NCBI GenBank assembly: GCA_951406725.2
Contig: OX597816.1
Location: 146,134,001-146,198,000 of the forward strand
Reading direction: 5' to 3'
From: Octopus vulgaris
Lineage: Eukaryota
DNA length: 64,000 bases
The position numbers were made by a program, and so were the translations under genes. The notes under the pieces are model-generated. The model was given only the letters and a program-made list of their open reading frames with translations. It did no database searches and was not told the DNA's origin. Below are positions 55,015-64,000 of the stretch, in pieces (positions within the stretch are counted from its first letter, which is position 1; every line of letters begins with the position of its first letter).

Positions 55015-55729
55015 TGTGTGTGCTTCACCGATCAGATGCCTATCAGCTTCAGAATATGGTTATATTCGCCTTTACTTTATTTCACAAATGCGTTTTTCAA
55101 ATACACTTGAAACAGACTCTCAATATATCCTAACATATAGAATTGCAATTGCAACATATTTTGTTGTTTTGTTTTATGTCCTTTCAGATAATGTTTGTGG
55201 TTCCGCTTATGTTGCATCTGTCCCTCACGAATACAGACTTTATATTAGAAATATTTAAAGAATATTCGGAAGCATTACCGTTTTACCTCCCAACCTCACC
55301 ATAATATACATTCTTGGATAATATTTTCGGTTGCTACATGCAGTCTTCGTACCTGTATTTCCTATTGTGCGTGTTTATGAGGTTCGACATATCCCTATAA
55401 CAATGTCTGAATTATGAAATTGAAGAAAGAAATATTAACTCCCAACAGTTATGATGAGTTTTCCTGTGGGCTTTGTTCGTAAAAAATTGCTAGAACACGC
55501 TGATTCTAACATTTCTATACGCTTCATCCCACAGGAAATTCTATATCCTAAAGCTGAGATATTTTTTTTTATCAATCAATATTTCTTGAGGTGGATTTCC
55601 AACAGAGTTTATTTCCTTGTTAACCAAAATTTTCCTGTAAAGTTGCTTCCTCTACTTTATTCACATTTCTATTTATGATACAGACTGGACCAAAAGATTA
55701 AAATTCACTTGATCCTATTGCATATAATA

Positions 55730-55925
55730 GGGTGGTGGGCTGACATAATTGTTAGCACGCCGGACAAAATGTTTAGCGGCATTTCGTCCATCTTTACATT
55801 CTGAGTTCAAATTCCGCCGGGGTTGACTTTACCTCGCATCGATTTGAGTGTGATAAAATAAGTAATAATCGACTTATATTCCCACCCCCACCGAAATTGC
55901 AAGCTTTGTGCCAAAATTTAAAAGC
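55730..55925 (+). mobile_element. tRNA-derived SINE (family A)
   Basis: GTTAGCACGCCGGACAAAATG...TTCTGAGTTCAAATTCCGCCG (B box)...GATAAAATAAGTA...TTGTGCCAAAATTT. Homologous to 4346-4548. Confidence 0.8.
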
Positions 55926-58184
55926 AATGTATTTTTGCAAATAATAAGATGATTAAGTATAAAAACGGCAGATTATAAACATCTCAAATGCTTTGGTGTG
56001 GGACATTAGCCCACCCTGTATAATGTGCTATAACGTAGAGGCAATGACAGAATTTTATTCAAACTTTTAGAATTGAACCCGTAATAACTTTAATTTAGCC
56101 TGGACCAAAATATAATTTATTCTTCTACTAATCATTCCATTTTGTCTTAAAGGATAATCGGCACCTAGGCAAACGCTGTCCAGAACCAAAGATAGGATTA
56201 TCATGGCTGGATTGGTTTTGGTATAATTTATTAGATTAAGGGTTGAACATTATAAACTTTTGAATATTGCGCTTGAATTCTATTTATATCGACCCTTCAT
56301 AGGTTTCCTTATATTTGCAAAATGAAGGAAAAATATGAACATCAAACAATCGGGATTCCACATCAGTATGACATTCGACCTGATTGCTAGACAAACAAGA
56401 TTTTTATTTCTTTTCTTTAGGTTGTACCTAATGTGTTAGAATTATAGTAGATACATTCGTACGTATCGTATAGGTATTTACTTTTCCAAGGCATACGACT
56501 CTGTTTTGATCTTTTGCCTTTTGCTCTTAATAATGATTTATATTATACATATCTCGTCGTCTAAGATGGAAATACCTGACAAAAATAGCATTAAAATATA
56601 TAAATAGAAATATGCTATTTCTTATAAGGAAACAAAGAAATAAAATTTGCTTTTCACCTTAGGAAACAAGGAAGTAGGAAGAAAACTAGCTGCATCAAAG
56701 TTAAAGATTTTATGAGAGTAAAACATCAGGCATTCTGGTGAGAACACATGCTAGAGTCGCAACAGAATTCCAGATATAGGATAAAAAAAAAAAAAACGAG
56801 TGAAAAAGTGTGTCAGAAAAAAATTAAACCAAAGTGAAATTCAATTTTAAATCAAATGTTATATGCGAAACACTAAAACAGAAAGTCTCATTTCAGCTAA
56901 ACATGAACAAATGACTCAGGGGTAGCAGTGCATTCAAAACTTGTGCATGTTAACTTTGTGATTCATAGTCAATGCACCTATGCAGGGATATGCGCAAGCA
57001 TGTACCACCACAGATATCGGTACATATTTTTATGAATAAAATGTGATGTGAGACACTAGATCCCCATAGCAATCATCGGATATTTGCACCACCCTCACTC
57101 CGCTCTCTGCCCATTGTATAGCTCAGCTGCTACCAGTTTGTTCGCGAGACACAGAAAAATACATAAGTAAACTTATAAAACTCGATTGGGTGGTCACATC
57201 TACAATATCATTTCATCATAGATTTCATCAATGCGAAATAACTTTACTTACAACCTTGTAGACATGCTGTTAGGCAGTATATAGATTATATTATATTAAT
57301 CTGCATACCTATGTTGTGAGATTTAATTTAGATGTATATAAAATGTATGCTCATTTGAATCAATTGTTTCTTTGCAGCTTTACGTTATTCAACACCGCCC
57401 AAAGCACATTCATCAGAAATCAATAAAAATTAAAAATTTCAACGAAGATATGCTAATTAAAACATAGCAGACCCCCCACCCAATTACCTATATTGAAACA
57501 CACACATGTACGCTGACAGGCACGCACATATCTTCCAACATATATATTTATATGTACAAGCATAGACAAATATACATACGTAGTTATATGCACGTATGCA
57601 TAAGTATATCTGTATTTTGCGACTTAATATAGACGTAAAGCACGTATCTGAATATGTATACATTGATATACATACCTTCACTGGTGTTTTTGTTTGACTT
57701 AATCTTTCTCTTCACAGTATCAGCTTTGTATATTATAGTATTGGACCTCTTGCTCTGCCGCTATCCTTAAAATTCCTGCCTTTTCGAAAACAGGTTCAGC
57801 TAAACTTTTCATAATTCTTGCGAAGCTAATGCTATGTAGATTCGCATGCTTCATAGTTTAGTGAAATTATGGAGCGTTATTACACATTTATTAAGGTTGC
57901 ACATCTTATAAATATGGCTGCTCATTTTGTTTTCAGTGGTGTGGATCTAATTCTGTTGGTAAAACCGATAATTTTCTAGAGTGATATTCGAGTTCTTTAA
58001 ATTACTCGCTTTTTCTAATAATGTACTGAAAAATCTCTCGTTACAACAATCAATAAATTCGTGGACGTAAGTGGAGGTGTTTAAAGTAATTAGCAATCCA
58101 CATTAAATTTAGTGTTCTAGCAATTTGATTGTACCATAGATTTTTTGCAACTCTAAAAAATCAACAATTCATCTTTTATCTTCC

Positions 58185-58568
58185 ATCTTTTATCGTTTCA
58201 ATCATTCGACTGCGTTCATGCTGTGGCACCACCGTGAGCTTTTAGTCGAATGTATCAACCCCATTACTTATAGTTTTTAAAGCCAAGTAGATACTTACTT
58301 CATCGACCCTTTTTGCCGAACGCTAAGTTATGGGGACGTAAACATACCTGTACCGGTTGCCAAGTCGTGATGAGGGGCAAGCACGGACACAAACACACAA
58401 ATACAATACACATGCACACACACGCTCTCACACACAGACGCTCAAACACACACACTAACACACACACGCACACAGGGTTTCCATCTACCAAATACACTCA
58501 TAAAGTTTTGGTTGACCCTAGGATATAGTAGAGAACACTTGTCCGAGATACTACGCAGTGGGACTGAA
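58185..58568 (-). mobile_element. SINE family B
   Basis: TTTGCCGAACGCTAAGTTATGGGGACGTAAAC...TTCCATCTACCAAAT...TATAGTAGA...ACGCAGTGGGACTGAA is the reverse complement of the copy at 5647-6020. Confidence 0.82.
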
Positions 58569-58679
58569 TGTTTATTACTGCAATAGTCAGTTTCTCTCTC
58601 GAAATCCTTGGAATGTTTCTTTATTCACTTCGTATGCGACGGACCCTCGGTTATTAATTTTGAGAAAGAAACTATGCCA

Positions 58680-58890
58680 TTTATTCTTTTATTTGTTTCA
58701 ACGATTTGAATTCGGCCATGCTTGAGTAGCACCTTAAAGGGTTTTAGTCGAACAAAACGTCCCCCAGACTGATATTCGAAACCTAGTATTATTCTGTTGG
58801 TCTCTTTTGCCGAACTTACGGGGACATAAACACACCAACACCGGTTGCCAAGTTGTGATGGGTGGGATAAACATAGCCACAAAGGCACAC
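58680..58890 (-). mobile_element. SINE family B 3' half
   Basis: CGGCCATGCTTGAGTAGCACC...GGTCTCTTTTGCCGAAC..ACGGGGACATAAACACACCAACACCGGTTG. Confidence 0.78.
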
Positions 58891-59509
58891 ACATAAATAT
58901 ATACATACATGTTGAACCGCTTTCTCTACACATTATTTCTGTCTTCGTTCTTTCTTCCCACATTTCTTTTTTGCATTATCTTTCCGTTTTTTCCTCTTTA
59001 TTCAAGAAAAAACATTTTCTTTGTAATGAATTTCTTTGTAGGGATATGTTATTCAAGCAGGAACCAATTTTGCTCTATTATCAAATGATGATTCTGCATA
59101 TTATTCGTGTGGTTATGTAATAATATTCTTCGTTTATCTGTTTTACAGTTTTAGTACTTTTCACTTCCGAGAATCCAGTTGTCTCTATGGAGACTTAATT
59201 CTTTCTTATATAGGAGAAATAGCTTTAAAAAATAACTGAAACCATACCATTCAATCTGAATATATTCTCCTTTCGAGAGAAGCAAAAAAAAAAGAATAGC
59301 GCCAATATGACTAGAAGAGGTCAATGCATTATAACACCATAATGCTCTTTAAAGGTGAAAATATGGACAATAACAATTGACCGAAACGTAATGTAGGCGA
59401 AAAGTAATAACTTATTTATTGACTGTACTGTGATTAAAAAATTATTATTCTATGTATATTCTCTGTCGTCTTTTAGCTATTACTATATATTTACATATAT
59501 GTATATATA

Positions 59510-59555
<46 letters not shown>

Positions 59556-59586
59556 TTCATACATATAATACATACAAATATATATA

Positions 59587-59659
<73 letters not shown>

Positions 59660-59662
<3 letters not shown>

Positions 59663-61113
59663 CAAAGTGGAGTTGTTGGGTACCGCACGAGTGGAATTAT
59701 ATACGAAAGAAGGTTTGAAAATGCAATTTAAAAGATGTTTATTCACTTTACCGGTTTCACTCTTTGGAAAAAGATTGTCAAAAGTAACATGTAGAAGTTT
59801 GGTTGCGTTAATTATTGGTTGTTACAAATTGCTACATTACATATATACAGTCTTTGGTAACAGGGACATGTTAAGGACATAAAAAAGTTCAACAAGTTCC
59901 TTAAAATGTTGGGCACAAAAGATTACTACATAAATAATCGTTCTCAAGGACATGCTTAATATAGTTTCCAGAAGGAATTGATATTGGTATTGGTATTGTA
60001 TCTGTATATTCAAACATGCACAGAATATTGGTTGACACAGAGTACTACAATCCATATAAATATACATTCTTTGGTGACAAGAGCATGTTGAGAATATAAA
60101 AAAGTTTAACAAGCTCATTGAAATAATGGGCACAAAAGATTACAACAAATATATTATACATTCTCAAGATAATTTCCAGAAGGAATTATTAAAAATGTTC
60201 AGTATACACATACAGAATATTATGAGTTCAAAAAGATTTACATTATAATAGTAGTGAAGCTAAAATTGACCTGTCCGCTATGGTAGCGTAAAAGAATATT
60301 ATCTATTTCAAGGGACACAGTAGGTGTGTTTGGTTGGGGGGAAAAGGAGGAGTAATGTGGAACTGAAAAGAATTTACCCTTTTTTTGTCTCTCCTTCAAG
60401 CATCAATGATTTAGGGGTCAGGATGGCGTGAGTGTGTGTGTGTATACATATGTGGTGTGAATAGATGTGTCTGTGTGTCTGTAAGATCTGGTAGGATGGT
60501 GTGTGTATATGTGTGTCCGTTTGTCAACCGCGTGTGTGGTTGTCTTGGTGTTGTGTGTGTGTGTGTGTGTGTATGTATGTGTGTGGATGGCATTTGGCAT
60601 GGTGCTGCGTGTGTATATGTGTGTCTGTATGGAGGTGAGATTGGTGTGAGTGTGTGTGTCCTTGTGTGTGTGTGTATATATATATGTATACATAAGTTGT
60701 GTGTGTGTGTGGAGGGGCTCTTCTTGATTGGTTCAGAGCTCCATTGTGGTGTAAATAGATGTGTGTTATTTAAAGAATTTTATGGGGTAGGATGGTGTGT
60801 GTATATGTGTGCCCGTTTGTGTGTGTGTGTATGTGTGTGGTTAATGTTTATTTGTGTGTTGCGTGTGCGTTAGTGTGTATGTGTTTGTTCGTATGTGTGT
60901 CCATGTTTGTTGGGTGTATCTATGTGGCATGTGTGTATATGCGTTTTGCGTGAGTTGGTATTGAGTATGTGTCCGTGTGTGTGCGTATATATGGTGTGGC
61001 TGTATGTGTCTTTGCGCGTGTACATATATGTATACATGCGCTTATGTGTGTGTGTGGGCCATATATCATATATACAAACACATGTATATATATATATATA
61101 TACACACACAAGG

Positions 61114-61130
<17 letters not shown>
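59660..61130 (-). mobile_element. Probable PLE 3' UTR fragment (CA-rich tract, ~217-bp diverged repeat, terminal hammerhead)
   Basis: Same order as 44921-47915: CA-rich tract (60430-61080), repeat units near 59867 and 60084, hammerhead at 59787-59743, then (TA)n. Confidence 0.55.
59743..59787 (-). ncRNA. Type-I hammerhead motif with U3-A8 core
   Basis: TTACTT TTGACAA TCTTT TTCC AAAGA GT GAAA CCGG TA AAGTGA; 6-bp stem I, 5-bp stem II and a GUA triplet. Confidence 0.6.
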
Positions 61131-61180
<50 letters not shown>

Positions 61181-62045
61181 GAGTGAGACATCGATAGATA
61201 TAGAGTTGCGGAAAAATTGTCTCTAGGGCAAAAATGAGCATTTTCTGATTTCTTAATTTTATTTTTTCTCCATTACATATTTGAAAGCTTTATATTGCAA
61301 GTAATTTATCATTATTTTGTGCAGTTGCTTCTTAGTTTGGAATAAAAAGTGGTCAGTATTTTATTCGTCGCTGAAATTCAGAGGGTTTCGTGCTGTCAAG
61401 TGAAACGTATTTATTCTTTCAAGCAAAGTTGCATTACATGTGACCTGATTGTAACTAAGATTGTTAATAACATATCCGGATAATTTTTGCTGTCTGTTTA
61501 ATAATCAATATTCATTTTTCTGTTGAAGTTAGATTGCAAGTCAATTTTTTTACTACACTAATATCTGAATAGATAAATATCACTTTTCAAAATGATGCCA
61601 AAATTAACGTAAACTGAGTAATAGCTAATTTCACTAATTCCTTTCATTTAACTCCGTTGTTTAACTCCATATCTGGAAAAGCACTAGGAAGCTATAGGAA
61701 ATATTTGCTGTAGAAGTCTTAGATTTTGTCAAGTTTGTTTAAGTGCATATCATGTAGACATTTTCCACGGCCCTCTTTTCATTGACAAAGACATTTCTAA
61801 TTTTTGCTGCATTTCTGATCTTTCTGATGTCTGAGATATGGATATTGATATATGTGAGTCTTTTCCCAAAGTAATTTATGCAGTAAATTTTATTCATTTT
61901 GCCCCTGCTCCTATACATATATTGATGTTTGTTTTTATAGTATAACAAAATCAATTCAAAGCTAAATAATATTAGGATTACTTAATACATTAGGTAGAGT
62001 CAAAGTATATCCTTCTCTAACAAAAATAGTACTGACAATTACTTC

Positions 62046-62110
62046 GACGTTTTTGCTCGCTAAGCATTCATCTGACTATCTGAAGATGGACCAGCCATCC
62101 GAAACGTATA
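62046..62110. ncRNA. Two divergent hammerhead-like motifs
   Basis: Plus strand: CTGAAGA TGGA CCAGCCA TCC GAAAC GTA (62080-62108). Minus strand, degenerate: CAGATGA ATGCT TAGCG AGCA AAAAC GTC. Confidence 0.45.
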
Positions 62111-62149
62111 AATCACCCGTAATTCTATTAAATCCAATACGAAATGTAA

Positions 62150-62308
62150 AATGCGGCTGTGTGGTAAGAAGCTTGCTTCCCAACCACATTGATCCAGGTT
62201 AATCCCCACTGCGTGGCATCTTAGGCAAATGTATTCTACTATAGCTTAAATCAGACCAAATCCTTGTGAGTGGATTTGGTGGATGCAGACTGAAGGAATG
62301 TCGTCGTA
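62150..62308 (+). mobile_element. SINE family B 5' half
   Basis: GGCTGTGTGGTAAGAAGCTTGCTTCCCAACCAC...CCCACTGCGTGGCATCTTAGGCAA...CTTGTGAGTGGATTTGGT. Confidence 0.82.
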
Positions 62309-62620
62309 TATATATATATATATATATATATGTAAAGTTGAAACTCAGAGGGAGATTCCACGTGGTGGTAAATATAAAATTGGATTTAAGGTGAAAAAGG
62401 AGAGAAATCTTGCTTGTGTAGATAAAGATTCAATGTCATGAAATCATGAAGTCATAATGTTTTGATTTATCTTGCGTAGAAGCAAAGATGAAACAGTTTT
62501 GCGTTTATACAGAGGAGTATAGCTCAAGGGGATTAACTAAATGGATAATCACTGGATATATTTATTAACTAAGAGGTGGTAAATTTTTCCCCCTTTTCTA
62601 ATTTTTATTTGTGAATTCCA

Positions 62621-62985
62621 CTAAATATTCATGTTGTGTTCTGGTTTGTATTTTTCGATAAATGCGGCCAATTTATTTAGCCGTTGATGAGTTGAGATCC
62701 TTTCCGAGCAATGGCATAATGGGAATATTGTGAATTGTAGATGGCGTAACTTAGAACATCTTAGCATATGACCACTGAGTGGTATTTCACAGCATTGAGG
62801 GTGGTAGATTTGTCGTCTGTGTAGTTTAGGTATACGTCTGCGGGACATTCCTGTTGCGCCTATATAGTTTCTACTGCAGCCGGAACATGTTATGATGCAG
62901 ATGAGATTTTCAGAGGCGCAAGTGAAGTTAGTTTACATGCAAAATTTTGTCCTTTTTTTAAAAGGGAATCCTGAGTCTTCCATTA
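62621..62985 (-). pseudogene. PLE GIY-YIG fragment, related to 51250-51995
   Basis: NFTCASENLICIITCSGCSRNYIGATGMSRRRIPKLHRRQI...PLSGHMLRC...FTIFPL...FIEKYKPEHN. Confidence 0.85.
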
Positions 62986-63589
62986 TGTTGGAACGTGTTC
63001 TAGAGTTCGGTCGCCCATATTTGAAAGCTTTTTACATTTCCGCTCGAAGGTGAGCGAAGGTACGCGGATTACGACCATATACCCGATCTTTTGATACTTC
63101 CGAAAGAAATAAGTCACATGGGGTGAGGTCGGGTGACTAGGTAGGCCATTCGATTGGCCCTCGTCATCCAATCCTCGCGCCAGAAAAATTGTCATCCAAA
63201 CACTCGCGCACTGACATTGTATAATGTGGCGGCATCCCATCCTGCTGCAAGTAAAAGTCTCATGTTTGCTCTATTACTTGTGACTAGAACCAGTTTTGAA
63301 GTATATTACGGTATGACGCTCCGGTGACAGTAGCATCAAAAAAGTATGGTCCAATACGAAATGGCACGCCACACGCTGAGGCCAGGCAAATCCACCGACT
63401 TCTGCAAAGTGTAATGAAGAGTTTCGGAATTCCAGCACACGTAGCCATGTTTGTCAATTTGTCCCTTGAGTTTCAAATCTGTTTCATTAGACGACAAGAT
63501 TCTGTCGACGGACGACGGATCATCTTCGAGCATCGGTTGAACATTTTCGCATGCTTCTCGGCACTGATCAGGATCGTTGTCATTAAGTT
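62986..63589 (-). mobile_element. rosa-type (DD41D) Tc1/mariner transposase relic
   Basis: ILSSNETD...IGPYFFDATVTGASY...FYLQQDGMPPHY...EWPT*SPDLTPCDLFL. I count 41 residues between the second and third catalytic Asp. Confidence 0.85.
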
Positions 63590-63599
63590 CATGTACGAG

Positions 63600-63988
63600 G
63601 CGTGTGGAGGCGCAATGGCCCAGTGGTTAGGGCAGTGGACTCGCGGTCATAGGATCGCGGTTTCGATTCCCAGACCGGGCGTTGTGAGTGTTTATTGAGC
63701 GAAAACACCTAAAGCTCCACGAGGCTCGGCAGGGGATGGTGGTGATCCCTGCTGTACTCTTTCACCACAACTTTCTCTCACTCTTACTTCCTGTTTCTGT
63801 TGTACCTGTGATTTCAAAGGGCCGGCCTTGTCACTCTCTGTGTCACGCTGAATATCCCCGAGAACTACGTTAAGGGTACACGTGTCTATGGAGTGCTCAG
63901 CCACTTACACGTTAATTTCACGAGCAGGCTGTTCCGTTGATTCGGATCAACCGGAACCCTCGTCGTCGTAACCGACGGAGTGCTTCCA
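63600..63988 (+). mobile_element. Full-length tRNA-derived SINE (family C) with a 10-bp TSD
   Basis: A box TGGCCCAGTGG and B box GTTTCGATTCC. Flanking direct repeat CATGTACGAG at 63590-63599 and 63989-63998. Confidence 0.9.
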
Positions 63989-64000
63989 CATGTACGAGAC

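Noticed and set aside
63606-63680. tRNA-like sequence
   Set aside because: Has A and B boxes but no closed acceptor stem, and continues into a SINE body bounded by a TSD.

Overview
AT-rich, microsatellite-dense animal (metazoan) genomic DNA. The SINE families look like octopus/cephalopod repeats; that assignment is from memory and unverified. I found no host protein-coding gene, rRNA, true tRNA or CRISPR array, and nearly all long ORFs in the track are translations of (TA)n, (CA)n, (TAA)n or (GAA)n repeats. The window is intergenic or intronic and full of mobile-element copies and relics: R4/Dong-clade non-LTR retrotransposons next to TAA/GAA repeats, L1/Tx1-like relics, DD34D mariners (one near full length), a DD41D rosa relic, tRNA-derived SINEs, fold-back MITEs, a Helitron-like element and many Penelope-like element (PLE) pieces with GIY-YIG endonucleases. 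The strongest signal is a recurring set of about a dozen type-I hammerhead ribozyme motifs tied to PLE ends. These include a 277-bp palindrome with an apparently complete hammerhead on each strand (41969-42245), copies with a compensatory U3-A8 core, a shared U4C variant, and a 396-bp partial tandem unit resembling a non-autonomous retrozyme (37961-38528). All calls come from manual reading; no search or folding computation was run.
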